A DNA stretch of 64,000 nt from Planctomycetota bacterium (GCA_044225365.1 JBGAIQ010000009.1:96462-160461); one strand, 5' to 3'. Shown: positions 20,341 through 30,569, numbered from the stretch's first letter. Translations and numbers: made by a program. The notes: generated by a model from the sequence alone, not told the origin.

Positions 20341-20523
20341 CGGGGGTACACCTCGTGGTGCAGGCGGCGCTATCGTAAGCCGAGTCGTGAGGCCTTTCAA
20401 TTGCTTTCGCCCTACCGCCCACGCGGCCCGGTAAATAACCGTGAGACCGGGCTGCGTCGAATCGACCGCGATCCAGACTCCCCAAATGCCCAGTCGAAAG
20501 ACCTCTCGAGGCCAAGAACGTAC

Positions 20524-22506
20524 ATGACTGCCCGTTCCAAGCTGTTTCTCGGCCGCGTGGCGCTCGCGGTGTTCGGCCTCGGCACGCTGGGCCCGAGCCC
20601 ACGGGCAGCCGCTCGACAGCACGAAACAGAAACGCCCGTTCCCCCGCCAGCCCAGAAGCCGACGACCCCGGGCCAGGAAAATCCTCGCCGCGCATCCCGA
20701 GACGCGACGATCGAAAGCTTGATCTTCGGACCGAGCGGACTCGTGTCCGATGGCCCCCCCGGTGCCGCGGCCGTCGCGCTCGAAGAGGCTCTCACGGCGA
20801 GCGCACACCGCCTGCGGGCGATCACCGAAGCCTGCCCCCGCCCGCTCGGGGCGATCGGTCTCGACTTCGCGAGGGCTGCAGCGACCCGTCTCGACCCCAC
20901 TGCGCGACGCATCGCGACGGAACTTGCGGCGCGGGTGACTCCCTCCGACGCCGAGGACTGGCTGCTCGCGGGAGTCTCTCCCTGGCCTCCCGACGCGGGC
21001 GCCGCGACTCCCGTTCCGAGTCTGCCGCTCCCCGTGACGGACGTCCTCGACGCACTCGGTCGCGTCGGCAGCGAACACTCGAGCCACGCGATCGCCCGCT
21101 TCCTCGCCGCGAAGGACCCGCAGGTCGCGTACGCGGCGAAGAGCGCCGCCCTGCGCATCACGCCGCGCCTGCTCGCCCTCGGAAAGTCCGAGGAGGCCGC
21201 GCTCGCGCTGCGCGCCTTCGTCACCGGCGATCCGCGCGATCTCGTCCTGCGCGAGAATCTCGCCGTCGTGCTCGGCGTCTACCTCGAGCAGCCCGACGAG
21301 GGCCGCGCCGTCCTCGCGGCGTACCCCGAGACGGACGCGAGCCGCGGCCCGCTTTCGCACGACTTCGCCGAACTCGAAGTCGCACGCGCGATGATCGATT
21401 TCTTCGAAGGAGCGTCGGAGGGTGAACGCCACGCACTCGAACGACTGACGAGCGCCCGCGCGCGCGTGCTCGCCGCTCCGCCAGCGGTGGAAGCCGCGGC
21501 CGAGACTTTCGTGCGCGTCGAACTGTGTCGCGCGATCGTCCTGCTCGCGCAAGCGCAGCCCGATGTCGAAGCCGCCGCAAGAGCGATCGCGCTCGCCGTG
21601 GAGCACGCACCGCACGAGAACTCGCGCTACCGCTGCGACGACGCGCTCCATGGGCCGGCAGGACCGCGTGCCTGGCTCGAACGATTGCGGCGAATCGGTC
21701 GCCCCGAGATCCGTCGCGCGTTCTATCACGCGATGGCGAAGGCCGCGCACGCCGCGGATCCCGCCGCTTCTCCCGACGCCGAGATCCCGGCGCGCAGTTG
21801 GTCCGCGCTCTTCGCCGCGTCCGCCGCTCTCGACGACGGCGATCTCGACAGCGCGATCGAGAACGCGAGCGAACTCATCACGCGGATGCAGGGCTCGTCG
21901 GCGTGGTACGACCGCACGATGCTCGGAGAGGCCGAGTACGTGAAGGGAATGGCAACGCTCTTCCGGGGCGATGCGAAGGCAGCGTCCACGCTGCTCGAAT
22001 CCGCCTTCGCGCGGATCGAGGAGCTCGCGCGCGAGGAGGTCGACTCGTGGGCGCAGGACCGCATCGAACGCAACGCGCTCGTCGAAGCGGGCGCGGCGCC
22101 GATGCGCACGTCGCTCGCCTCGACCGAGGCGAGGATGGCACGCAGCGTCGTCGAAGCGGCGCTCGCGGCGAAGGATCGCAAGACGGCCCTGCGCTACGCC
22201 GCCGCCGCGGTCGCGGCCGATCCTTTCGATGACGCGTCGGTCGCACTCGAACTCGCCCTCGCCACGCCTGCCGAATCGAACCCGCGCGGCACGCGGGAGC
22301 GCGGCATGCGCGCCCTTTCGACCTTGCCCCGGTCGTCGGGGACGCTGCTCGATCTCGCTCGGCTCGCTGTCGCGCTGGGGGATGCGAGAGACGCTCAGAC
22401 GCTCTTCGAGCGACACGTCGAATGGAATGCCCTCACGCCTGCGCGCAAGGCGATCGAAGAGGGCCGCCGCGCCCGCGACCCTCTGCTCGCCACGATCGGG
22501 CGCTGA
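20524..22506 (+). CDS. secreted Ala-rich helical-repeat protein (hypothetical)
   Basis: ATG at 20524 gives [23 protein letters not shown] (signal-like). Third codon positions are G/C-rich on this strand, while the opposite-strand 852-aa ORF is Arg-rich. It has HEAT/TPR-like helical segments and no catalytic motif that I recognise. Confidence 0.6.
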   Translation: MTARSKLFLGRVALAVFGLGTLGPSPRAAARQHETETPVPPPAQKPTTPGQENPRRASRDATIESLIFGPSGLVSDGPPGAAAVALEEALTASAHRLRAITEACPRPLGAIGLDFARAAATRLDPTARRIATELAARVTPSDAEDWLLAGVSPWPPDAGAATPVPSLPLPVTDVLDALGRVGSEHSSHAIARFLAAKDPQVAYAAKSAALRITPRLLALGKSEEAALALRAFVTGDPRDLVLRENLAVVLGVYLEQPDEGRAVLAAYPETDASRGPLSHDFAELEVARAMIDFFEGASEGERHALERLTSARARVLAAPPAVEAAAETFVRVELCRAIVLLAQAQPDVEAAARAIALAVEHAPHENSRYRCDDALHGPAGPRAWLERLRRIGRPEIRRAFYHAMAKAAHAADPAASPDAEIPARSWSALFAASAALDDGDLDSAIENASELITRMQGSSAWYDRTMLGEAEYVKGMATLFRGDAKAASTLLESAFARIEELAREEVDSWAQDRIERNALVEAGAAPMRTSLASTEARMARSVVEAALAAKDRKTALRYAAAAVAADPFDDASVALELALATPAESNPRGTRERGMRALSTLPRSSGTLLDLARLAVALGDARDAQTLFERHVEWNALTPARKAIEEGRRARDPLLATIGR

Positions 22507-22582
22507 GCTGCGGAAAACGCGACGAGTGGCGCGGGCGAACCGTCGCGGGATAGAATGCGCGGTCGTTCCCAGGAGCCGAGAC

Positions 22583-22789
22583 GTGAAGATTCGAATCGTC
22601 CTCAACGGACGCGTAAGAGAGATCGACGACACGACGACGATCGCGCAGCTCCTGCTCACCCTCGAGCAGAAGCCCGCGCTGCTCGCGGTCGAGCGCAATC
22701 AGCGCATCGTGCCGAAGGCGCTCCATGCGACGACCTGCCTCGCCGATGGCGACCAGATCGAGATCGTCACGTTCGTGGGCGGAGGCTGA
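22583..22789 (+). CDS. thiS: sulfur-carrier protein ThiS
   Basis: 68 aa from GTG 22583, with AGGAG at 22571-22575. It ends ...[10 protein letters not shown] (C-terminal Gly-Gly) and sits immediately upstream of thiG. Confidence 0.8.
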   Translation: MKIRIVLNGRVREIDDTTTIAQLLLTLEQKPALLAVERNQRIVPKALHATTCLADGDQIEIVTFVGGG

Positions 22790-22790
22790 G

Positions 22791-23606
22791 ATGACGACGC
22801 AGGACGCAGCGACCGAATTCGCGATCGAACCGCTCGTGGTCGGTCCGTACACGATGAAGTCTCGACTCATCGTCGGCACCGGGAAGTACCGAGATTTCGA
22901 ACAGATGGAGCAGGCGATCGAGGCGTCGGGCGCCGATTGCGTGACCGTGGCGCTGCGCCGCGTCGACCTCTCCCAGAAGGAGACGATCCTCGATCATCTC
23001 GATCGGAAGAAGATCGTCCTCTTGCCGAACACCGCGGGCTGCTACACGGTCGAGGACGCGCTGCGCATCTCCCGCCTCGCGCGCGAGATGCTCGACACCA
23101 CGCTCGTGAAACTCGAAGTGATCGCAGACCCGGTGACGCTCCTGCCCGATCCCATCGCGACGCTCGAAGCCACCGCGGTGCTCGTGAAGGAAGGCTTCAC
23201 GGTGATGGCGTACACCAGCGACGATCCCGTGCTCGCGCGGCGGCTCGAGGCCGCGGGCGCGGCCGCCGTGATGCCGCTCGGATCCGCGATCGGTTCGGGG
23301 ATGGGCATTCTCAATCGCCACAACATTCGCCTGATCCGCGACACTTTGAAGTGCCCGGTGATCGTCGATGCCGGAGTGGGCACGGCGTCGGACGTGACGG
23401 TCGCGTTCGAACTCGGCGTCGCCGGTGTGCTGTTGAACACCGCGATCGCGCACGCGCAGGATCCCGTCCGCATGGCGCGGGCGATGCGGCTCGCGACCGA
23501 AGCCGGCATCCAGGCCTTCCGCGCAGGACGCATGCCGGCGAAGGCGTACGCGAGTCCGTCGTCGCCGACCGAGGGTCTCATCACGGGCGGGAGCAAGACG
23601 GCGTGA
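22791..23606 (+). CDS. thiG: thiazole synthase ThiG
   Basis: ATG at 22791, 1 nt after the thiS stop. Motifs are [41 protein letters not shown] and [10 protein letters not shown]. Confidence 0.95.
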   Translation: MTTQDAATEFAIEPLVVGPYTMKSRLIVGTGKYRDFEQMEQAIEASGADCVTVALRRVDLSQKETILDHLDRKKIVLLPNTAGCYTVEDALRISRLAREMLDTTLVKLEVIADPVTLLPDPIATLEATAVLVKEGFTVMAYTSDDPVLARRLEAAGAAAVMPLGSAIGSGMGILNRHNIRLIRDTLKCPVIVDAGVGTASDVTVAFELGVAGVLLNTAIAHAQDPVRMARAMRLATEAGIQAFRAGRMPAKAYASPSSPTEGLITGGSKTA

Positions 23607-24457
23607 CGGGCGTGGAAGACGAACTCGATTCCGGGGCCGCGGCGGATCTCGACGCGAAGGAAGCGCGACTGCGTAGAGCGGTGCGGGAGCTCGAAGGCGG
23701 CGTCGTCGTCGCGTTCTCTGGCGGCGTCGATTCGGCGCTCCTGCTCCTCGTCTGCGCGGACGAGCTGAAGGGCCGGGTGCTCGCGGTCACCGCCGAGTCG
23801 CCGTCGTTCCCGCAGCAGGATCGCCGCGACGCCGCACTCGTCGCGAAGCAGCTCGAGGTCGCTCACGTCAGCGTCTCGACGCACGAGATGAACGATCCGC
23901 AGTACGTCCAGAACGACGCCTCGCGCTGCTACTTCTGCAAGCACTCGTTGTTCGAGACCCTAGAGCCGATCGCGCGCTCCTCCGGCCTTCGCCATCTCGC
24001 GTTCGGCGCCAACCTCGACGACGAAGGCGATTATCGACCGGGCCATCGCGCCGCGGCGGAGTTCGCCGTCAAGGCGCCGCTGCTCGATGCGGGATTGCGA
24101 AAGGCCGACGTCCGCGCGCTCGCGAAGAAGCTCGGACTCTCGATCTGGAACAAGCCCGGCTCGGCGTGCCTCGCCTCGCGGATCCCCTACGGAACGGCGA
24201 TCGATCCCGCCGTCCTGGCGCGCGTCGACGCCGCGGAGAATGCGCTGCGGGAGCTCGGATTCCCGCAACTGCGCGTGCGGCATCATGGCGACGTCGCGCG
24301 TCTCGAGCTCGATCCAAGCGACATCGCGCGTGCGGCGGAATCGCGCGAGGCGATCCACGCGGTGTTGCGCGCACAGGGCTGGCGCTATGCGACGCTCGAT
24401 CTGCTCGGCTATCGCACGGGCAGTCTCAACGAAGCGCTGCCGCGACGCGAGACCTGA
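23603..24457 (+). CDS. LarE-like PP-loop ATP pyrophosphatase (putative sulfur transferase)
   Basis: GTG 23603 overlaps the thiG stop (GTGA). It has the PP-loop [14 protein letters not shown] and three Cys in RCYFCK (CxxC) and [12 protein letters not shown]. The C-terminus reads [13 protein letters not shown]. Confidence 0.8.
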   Translation: MTGVEDELDSGAAADLDAKEARLRRAVRELEGGVVVAFSGGVDSALLLLVCADELKGRVLAVTAESPSFPQQDRRDAALVAKQLEVAHVSVSTHEMNDPQYVQNDASRCYFCKHSLFETLEPIARSSGLRHLAFGANLDDEGDYRPGHRAAAEFAVKAPLLDAGLRKADVRALAKKLGLSIWNKPGSACLASRIPYGTAIDPAVLARVDAAENALRELGFPQLRVRHHGDVARLELDPSDIARAAESREAIHAVLRAQGWRYATLDLLGYRTGSLNEALPRRET

Positions 24458-24481
24458 ACGATCGGCGACCCGCGTCGCCCA

Positions 24482-25765
24482 TCAGCCGCGGGTGCGGCGC
24501 AGGACGTCCGCGAGCGAGCGTGCCGAACGATAGCCGACGAGCTTCTCGACGATGCTTCCGTCCTTGTCGATGAAGACCATCGTCGGCACGATGGCCGCGT
24601 TGTGCCGCGCGGCGAGCGCGCGTTCGAGCGCCGGATTCAGTCGCACGCAGACGAAACGAGACCGCAAGAGCTCCGACACTTCGGCGTCCTGCAGAGTTCG
24701 CTGATCGAGATCACGCGCGATCTTCGACCAATCGGCGGTATAGAGCACGCAGAGCGTCTTCTTGTCCCTCTTCGCGAGCTCCTCGCCCTTGCCGATGTCG
24801 GTGAGCCATTCCACCGGCTTGTCGGTGCGGGGGCGCGGTGGCTCGAGCTGGAGCGGGTCGGAGTCGAGCAAGGCCTGCTGCGCGGAATCGACGCTCTCCT
24901 CGCCGACGTCGACCCGCCGCGCCTCCGGCATGAGACTCGTGATTCGATACGGAATGCCGCCGAACTGGATCGGAACGGTGCATGGAACGAGTTCGAGGCC
25001 CTGCGGGAGTGGCGCGCCTGGCGCGAGTTCGATCAGTGCCCAGCGTGCCGAGCCGACGGCGTACATCGCCGTACCGCTGTCGTCATAGAGCACGACCCGC
25101 GCGTCCTTGCCGAGCAGCTTCGCGGTTCCTTCGCGCCAGTTCGCATCGATCACGAAGAGCTTCGTCATCTCCGACGGATCGTTGGAGCGCGGGAGCCAGG
25201 AATAGAACGTGAATCGGCACGCGTCCTCGATCCGGTCCGAACCGCCGGACGTCTCAACCCTCGCGCCGAAGTAGACGGTGACGGGGACCGCGGTGAATTC
25301 GACGTAGTCGGTCTCGCGCTGCGGATCCTTCACGACGACACCCTTCACGGGCTCTTGTTCATCGCTCCCGGAGAAGGATTGATCGCGATCGCGATCGATC
25401 CACAGCAGGTCGTAGCGATGCGTCGAGGGATTCGATTGGTCGAGGATGATCGTCTGGCGCCCACCGCGGCCGAAGCGCACGATTCCGTAGAGCGGCGTGT
25501 CGCACCGGAGCTGCGGGAGTTGCTTGATCTCGAGCATCGGTTTCTGAGCGAGCGCGATGGCGGTCGGCGAGCGCGAGACGAACGGACGCTCAGCCGGGTT
25601 CCCGGCCACGAGTTCGAGGGGGAACGACGTCTTCTTGACGAGGTTTCCGGCCGTGATGCCAACCTGGTTCGGATCGTCCTGCTGCGGGTCGGGTTGTTGG
25701 GCGAACGCGCGGCTGAAGCACAGCGCGCCGAAGGCCACGGCGAAGGCGAACGGGAAACGAAGCAT
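24482..25765 (-). CDS. secreted protein with C-terminal thioredoxin-fold domain lacking CxxC
   Basis: Start MLRFPFAFAVAFGALCFSRAFAQ at 25765 (CAT at 25763-25765). The C-terminus KTLCVLYTADWSKIARDL...IVPTMVFIDKDGSIVEKLVGY is thioredoxin-like, but YTADWSK replaces the usual WCxxC. Confidence 0.6.
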   Translation of the reverse strand: MLRFPFAFAVAFGALCFSRAFAQQPDPQQDDPNQVGITAGNLVKKTSFPLELVAGNPAERPFVSRSPTAIALAQKPMLEIKQLPQLRCDTPLYGIVRFGRGGRQTIILDQSNPSTHRYDLLWIDRDRDQSFSGSDEQEPVKGVVVKDPQRETDYVEFTAVPVTVYFGARVETSGGSDRIEDACRFTFYSWLPRSNDPSEMTKLFVIDANWREGTAKLLGKDARVVLYDDSGTAMYAVGSARWALIELAPGAPLPQGLELVPCTVPIQFGGIPYRITSLMPEARRVDVGEESVDSAQQALLDSDPLQLEPPRPRTDKPVEWLTDIGKGEELAKRDKKTLCVLYTADWSKIARDLDQRTLQDAEVSELLRSRFVCVRLNPALERALAARHNAAIVPTMVFIDKDGSIVEKLVGYRSARSLADVLRRTRG

Positions 25766-25829
25766 TCTCGAACTCTCTCTTCGAAGGAAGATCAGATTCT
25801 TCGGCGATCGACGGGCTCGCGCAAGAGCC

Positions 25830-27032
25830 CTACTTCTGGAAGATCGGCAAGTACTGCTGCGGCATGAGGAGGATGAGGCACGCGGACGCCGTGGAATAGA
25901 CTCGACCGTAGTCGCTCTCACCGATCGAGCCCTTCGGATCCTGGCTCTCCGCGAACTCGTCGACGATCGCCGTCTGCCACGCGCGGAACAGACTGGGATC
26001 ACGGTACAGGTAGTAGGCCTCTGCCGCATAGAGCCGCGCGTAGAAGGGATGAGTATCGCCGAGAGTGCGCAGGCTGGGATTCAGAACCGGATCCTTGATC
26101 TGCATGTACTCGATGCCGCGGTCGATCACGTCGCTGGCATAGTCGCCCGTGGCGTTGAGGGTCGCGATGGCGGCAGCCGTGAGTCCGTAACTCACCTGCT
26201 CCTTCATCATCTTGCTGTAGCAGAAGGCCCCGCTCGGCCGCTGGAGCTCCCTCACGTACTTCACGGCGTCGTCGATGCATTGCTTGTTGACGTAGATTCC
26301 GACGTCGCGTGCCGCTCGCAGGGCCTGGATCATCGTGATGGTGACCGACCCCTCGTGCTCGGCGTCTCCGGGCTCGTAATACCAGCCGCCATCCTTCGTC
26401 TGCGACCATTCGATGAGCTGGACGGCGTCGACGAGGATCCGGCGCAGCTCGGCCATCTCGCCGCGCACGCGCTTCACCGAGCCGTCCCCGTAGGCATCGT
26501 CGATGCGGTAGGTGCCATAGGCCTCGGCGAGGGCGAGGGTCGCGTACCCGTGGCCGTGCATCTTCGACGTCCCGTCACCGGGGAACGAGAAGTAGATGTG
26601 GTTGACGTCGATGTCCTCGGCCTTGTCCTCACCCAGAATCCGATGCGCGGTGAACGTCGTGGCGTTGCCGCACTTCATGAGGAACTGGATCGCCTTCTGC
26701 ACGTTCTCGCGATACGGCCCGCGGCCGAGCGTCGAGCCACCCGCCATGAACGCGAGCGCACTGAGGGCGGTCACGGCGACGGGAGCCGACGTCACTCCGG
26801 TATCGGACTTCGCCTTGTTGAACTGACCATCCTCGGCCTGTTGCTTCGCGAGCCACTCGAGCCCGCGCTGGCCGATCTCGAACGCGCGATCCTCGACCTC
26901 GCGCGTGGCGTGCTGGGAATTCCCGTCCGATCCGAAACCGGCGCCGCTCGGGCGGCACATCGCCTTCGCCGCGACGAGGATTGCCGCGACAGCGAGGACA
27001 GTGCTTACCGGGATGGCGCGGGCCGGGATCAT
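25830..27032 (-). CDS. prenyltransferase/squalene-cyclase-like alpha/alpha-toroid (QW-repeat) protein, paralogue 2
   Basis: The N-terminus is hydrophobic. QW-type motifs are LAKQQAEDGQF, WSQTKDGGWYYEP and ELQRPSGAFCY. It ends QQYLPIFQK, like the paralogue at 32941-34092. The start overlaps the upstream stop by 1 nt. Confidence 0.65.
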   Translation of the reverse strand: MIPARAIPVSTVLAVAAILVAAKAMCRPSGAGFGSDGNSQHATREVEDRAFEIGQRGLEWLAKQQAEDGQFNKAKSDTGVTSAPVAVTALSALAFMAGGSTLGRGPYRENVQKAIQFLMKCGNATTFTAHRILGEDKAEDIDVNHIYFSFPGDGTSKMHGHGYATLALAEAYGTYRIDDAYGDGSVKRVRGEMAELRRILVDAVQLIEWSQTKDGGWYYEPGDAEHEGSVTITMIQALRAARDVGIYVNKQCIDDAVKYVRELQRPSGAFCYSKMMKEQVSYGLTAAAIATLNATGDYASDVIDRGIEYMQIKDPVLNPSLRTLGDTHPFYARLYAAEAYYLYRDPSLFRAWQTAIVDEFAESQDPKGSIGESDYGRVYSTASACLILLMPQQYLPIFQK

Positions 27033-27742
27033 CAGGGCTGCTTGCTCTTGTTCCGCGTCCGGTAGTACTGCAACAGGAGCTCTCGATAGCGGTCCGGGAA
27101 CTCGTTCTGCGAGAGCTTCTGGAACATCTCCTGGACCTTCGGCGGCAGGACGCCCCAGCGGCCGGCGACGTTCTCGCGCTGGTACTTCTCCTTCTCCGAC
27201 GGCGGATCGACGCCATCCGCCTTCTGCTGATCCGGCTTGCTCTTGTCCGGCCCACCATCCTTCGGCTGGCCCGATTTCTCCTCGGGCTTCTGCTTGCCCT
27301 CGCCCTTGTCCTTCTCGCCTTGCTGCTTCAGCTTGTCGACCTCGGGATCCTTGCCCCGCTCGTCCTGCTGTTTCTGCTGGGGAGAGTTCTTGGGATCGGG
27401 CTCGCCCGACCCCTTGCCGCCGCTGTTGGACTGCCGCTTCGCCATGCGGACGAGTTCCTCGATGTCCGTCACGGCCTGCGACTGCTTGGATTGGATGTCC
27501 TTCAGCAGCTTGTCGAGATCGGCTTTCACCTGCTCGATCCTCGCGGCGGCATCCTTGGGCGCATCCTTCGCAGCCTGCAACAGCAGCTCGTCGATCTCGC
27601 CCATCTCCTTACGGATCTTGGCTTGGAGCTCCTTCGCCTTGATCTCGTCGGCTTGTCCCCCGTCCTGCGCGACCGCGCGCTGCGCGCTCACGCCCGTGAG
27701 GATCGCCGCGACGCAGAGGAATCGCTGGATGCGCGTGTTCAT
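27032..27742 (-). CDS. secreted Lys/Gln/Glu-rich protein with conserved-looking C-terminal WGxLPP...YRELLLQYYR motif
   Basis: MNTRIQRFLCVAAILTGVSAQRAVAQ is signal-like. The middle is low-complexity KQ-rich. The C-terminus reads RWGVLPPKVQEMFQKLSQNEFPDRYRELLLQYYR. An ATGA overlap links it to the upstream gene. Confidence 0.6.
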   Translation of the reverse strand: MNTRIQRFLCVAAILTGVSAQRAVAQDGGQADEIKAKELQAKIRKEMGEIDELLLQAAKDAPKDAAARIEQVKADLDKLLKDIQSKQSQAVTDIEELVRMAKRQSNSGGKGSGEPDPKNSPQQKQQDERGKDPEVDKLKQQGEKDKGEGKQKPEEKSGQPKDGGPDKSKPDQQKADGVDPPSEKEKYQRENVAGRWGVLPPKVQEMFQKLSQNEFPDRYRELLLQYYRTRNKSKQP

Positions 27743-30525
27743 TTGCCACCCGGGCCCTTCTCGTCCTTCACTTCGACCGGCGGCCCCTGCGAGTCGTCGA
27801 TCATGCCGCGGAAGAGTTTCGTGATCTCGGAGTGCTGTAGTCCGAGGCGGGTCAGGCGGTCACGCGAAATCGCGTCGAGACCACCCTCCGCATTGGCGCC
27901 CTGGAGCCGCATGAAGACGTCGAGACGCTTCATCATGCTCTCCTCCATTCGCTTCAACATGAGCAACTCGGCGACGGGCGGGATCAAGGGCTGCTTCTGT
28001 TGCTGCTGCGGCGAATTCCCGTTCTGGCCGTCCGGCGGCTGGCCCTCCTCGCCCTCCTTCGGCTTGAGCTTCGCCTGCTTGCGGCGCTCGACTTCTTCAT
28101 CGAGGGTCGCGAGAAGCGTGTCGTAGCGATCGAGGATGTCGCGCGCGATCGACTGCGTGAAGTCGTCGGTGCGGTAGGGAGCGGTCCCGAGCAGTTCGGT
28201 CACTCGATCGAAATCGCCGTCGTTCTGCTCGAGCGCGAACGTGAAGACCGTCGCTCCATCCTCGCGCAGCTTCGACACGACCTCCTGATTCTGCACCTTC
28301 AGTTCTCGCGACTTCTGCGCGAGCTTCTTCGACGTATTCTGTCCGACTCGCGACAGCTTGCCCTTGCTCTGGCGCTCGAGTTCGAGCTCCTCGGTCTTGG
28401 CTACGACCTCACCCTGGCCCGTACGAAGGAGGGTCAACTGCTCCTTCACCTTGAAGAGCAACTCCTCCTGGCGAAGGTTCTGGTACTTGTCCTTCTCCTG
28501 CTTCAGTTCCTGCTCGGCCTTCTTCAAGAACTTCTCGGCTTCTTCCTGGCGCGGGGTTGCTTCCTCGCCCTGCTCCTTCTTGAGGCTCGATGCCGCCTGA
28601 TCCATCTTCGATGCGGCGGCGGAGAGCGACTGCTCGCGTTCGGGCTTCTTCTCGTCGCGGATACGATCCATCAGCTCTTTCAGCTTCTTCTCGAGCTCCC
28701 GCTGACGGCTCTCGAGGTCGTCGTACTTCTGCTGCTGATCCGCGGCCGAAGGGGAGTCCTTCGCGGACTGCTCGGCTTCCGACTGCTGCTGGTCGAGCTC
28801 CTGCGAGGCCTTCTCGAGTTGTTCACCCGCCTCGCTCTGGCTCTTCGCTGCTTTCTCCTGCTGGCCGCTGCGCATCGATTGCGCCGCCTGCTGCATCGAC
28901 TGCGCCGCCGACTCCACGGCCTTCGAGGCTCCCGACGGCGAATCCTTCTTCATGGCCGCGTCGAGGCGGGAGAGCGTCTTCGCGAGAGCCTCGGCCTGCT
29001 GGCTCGCGTACTCCTGCTTCGCGGCGAGGGAGTCGCTCCGTTCCTGCGCAGCCTTCTCGGCACCGTCGATCGCGTTGCGCGCCTCCTTCATCTTCTCGAG
29101 CGCATCGCGTTGCGCCGCGGCCGCGCCTTCGAGGTCGGGCTTCTCCATCTCGGAACCGGCTTCGTTCGCCGCTTGCGCGCTCTGCTCGAGCGCCGCCGCC
29201 GCGTCGCTCGCTCGCTTCTGCGCCGCTTGGTTTCGTTCGGCGGCCTGCGGATCGCCCGCACTCTTCGAATCGCGTGAGTCCTGCGTCGGCAACTTCTCCA
29301 CCCGGGAAGCAGCTTCTGCGAGCTTCTTCGCTTCGTCACCGAGTTCGCGTTGCTGGTCGGCCGCCTTCGCGTCGGTCGCCGACTTCGAGAGCGCCTTGTC
29401 GAGCTGCGCCTTCGCGGCATCGACGTTCTCGTTCTCGGCGTTCGCGAGCTGCGCCGCCGTGGACGCGTCGCCGTTCTTCTCGGCGTCGCGCGCCGCCTTC
29501 ATCCGCTCCGAAGCACTCGCGAGTGCTTTGGCGAGGGCTTCGCGGGCGGTTGCGATCTCGGCGGCGTTCGCCGGATCCTTCGCGCCGTTCTCGCCGTTCT
29601 TTGCGTCGGCCGCGGTCGCCTCCTGTGACAACGCGTCCTTCGCCGCCGCGAGTTGTTCGGCAACCTTCTTCATCGCGTCGGCGTCGCCCGCGGCCTTCGA
29701 GTCGTCAGATGCGTCGGCCTTGGACTTCGGGGAGCCGTCGGCGGAGGCTGCCTCGGCCTTCTTGGCAAGGTCCTTCGCGAGAGCCTTCTGGGCTTCGATC
29801 GCGGCCTGTGCAGCGAGGAATCCGGGAGCCGCCCGCTCGAGCGAGTTCTCGGTCGCTGCGAGCGCGGCATTCTGCTTCGCGATCAGGTTCTCCAACTGGT
29901 GCTTCAGAGCGGCGAGTGCCGAGTCCTTCGACTGCGACTCGCTCGTGTTCTCCTTCGCCAGCTTCTGTTCGTTCTCCTTCAGGTCCTTCAACTGACTCTT
30001 CGCCTGCTCGGCGAGAGCCTTCGGATTCGTCGCCAGAACGGTCGTCTCGTTCGTCAGCTTCTGCTGCTCGCTCCGCACCTGCGCAATGTCGCGGACCGCT
30101 TGTTCGAGCTTCTTGGCTTCGGCGTCGAGCGAATCGAAGTCCGTTCGATCGAGGAGGATCGCGTACACGGACTCGAGATCCTTGAGCAGGTCCTCCTGCT
30201 CCTTCACCGAGGCGAACTCCTGGCGGTCGAGACTCGACCCGATCTTCTCGATCGTTCGGGTCAGCTCGCGCTTCTTGATCTCGGCGATCGCATTGTCGAG
30301 CAGGTCGGCGCTGTGCTGCTTTCCCTCCGCCCGCAGCCGCTTCGACAGCGACTCCATGTTCTTCTTCGTCGACTCGATGCGGCTCTTGAGGTTCTGCTGC
30401 TCCTGCGAGATGCGTTTGACGTCGGTCGCGGCGTCGGTCTCATCGCTCGCCCACGAGCGTGCGAACGGCAGTGCACAGAGCGACAGCGAGAGGAGACACG
30501 GAGCGAAGTGGAATCGGCTTCTCAT
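27739..30525 (-). CDS. 928-aa secreted Ala/Lys/Glu/Gln-rich coiled-coil protein
   Basis: Start MRSRFHFAPCLLSLSLCALPFARSWA at 30525 (CAT at 30523-30525). Nearly the entire length has heptad-like AKE/Q-rich composition. The C-terminus has LIPPVAELLMLKRMEESMMKRLDVF. Confidence 0.65.
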   Translation of the reverse strand: MRSRFHFAPCLLSLSLCALPFARSWASDETDAATDVKRISQEQQNLKSRIESTKKNMESLSKRLRAEGKQHSADLLDNAIAEIKKRELTRTIEKIGSSLDRQEFASVKEQEDLLKDLESVYAILLDRTDFDSLDAEAKKLEQAVRDIAQVRSEQQKLTNETTVLATNPKALAEQAKSQLKDLKENEQKLAKENTSESQSKDSALAALKHQLENLIAKQNAALAATENSLERAAPGFLAAQAAIEAQKALAKDLAKKAEAASADGSPKSKADASDDSKAAGDADAMKKVAEQLAAAKDALSQEATAADAKNGENGAKDPANAAEIATAREALAKALASASERMKAARDAEKNGDASTAAQLANAENENVDAAKAQLDKALSKSATDAKAADQQRELGDEAKKLAEAASRVEKLPTQDSRDSKSAGDPQAAERNQAAQKRASDAAAALEQSAQAANEAGSEMEKPDLEGAAAAQRDALEKMKEARNAIDGAEKAAQERSDSLAAKQEYASQQAEALAKTLSRLDAAMKKDSPSGASKAVESAAQSMQQAAQSMRSGQQEKAAKSQSEAGEQLEKASQELDQQQSEAEQSAKDSPSAADQQQKYDDLESRQRELEKKLKELMDRIRDEKKPEREQSLSAAASKMDQAASSLKKEQGEEATPRQEEAEKFLKKAEQELKQEKDKYQNLRQEELLFKVKEQLTLLRTGQGEVVAKTEELELERQSKGKLSRVGQNTSKKLAQKSRELKVQNQEVVSKLREDGATVFTFALEQNDGDFDRVTELLGTAPYRTDDFTQSIARDILDRYDTLLATLDEEVERRKQAKLKPKEGEEGQPPDGQNGNSPQQQQKQPLIPPVAELLMLKRMEESMMKRLDVFMRLQGANAEGGLDAISRDRLTRLGLQHSEITKLFRGMIDDSQGPPVEVKDEKGPGGK

Positions 30526-30569
30526 GGTGTGCCTTACGACCGATTGCGCGCGGCGGGGTTCCATCGTTG

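Noticed and set aside
20454-20483. tmRNA-like 5' motif on the minus strand (GGGGAGTCTGGATCGCGGTCGATTCGACGC)
   Set aside because: No T-arm/CCA-type 3' end, tag reading frame or pseudoknot-sized body follows, and the region ends about 170 nt later at a terminator. I treat it only as part of the candidate leader or small RNA.
22497-22582. Possible TPP riboswitch (THI-box) upstream of thiS: GCTGAGC, GAACC...GGGATAGAATGCGCGG and a GAAC/GTTC-closed hairpin next to the RBS. TAGAAT at 22551-22556 also looks like a -10 box.
   Set aside because: It lacks the conserved CUGAGA and ACCUGAUCUGGAUAAUGCCAGCG core, has no P3 helix, and is too short. There is no convincing -35 for the TAGAAT. It is worth an Rfam RF00059 scan but is not supportable by eye.
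20140-22698. 852-aa minus-strand ORF competing with the 20524-22506 plus-strand gene
   Set aside because: The minus frame is strongly Arg-rich and would run through the thiS promoter region and the nusA leader. The plus frame has a signal peptide, G/C-rich third positions and ordinary Ala/Asp/Glu/Leu composition.
24464-24479. Small hairpin GGCGAC-CCGC-GTCGCC between the convergent larE-like and thioredoxin-fold genes
   Set aside because: It has only a 6-bp stem and no U-tract on either strand. It is too weak to call a terminator.
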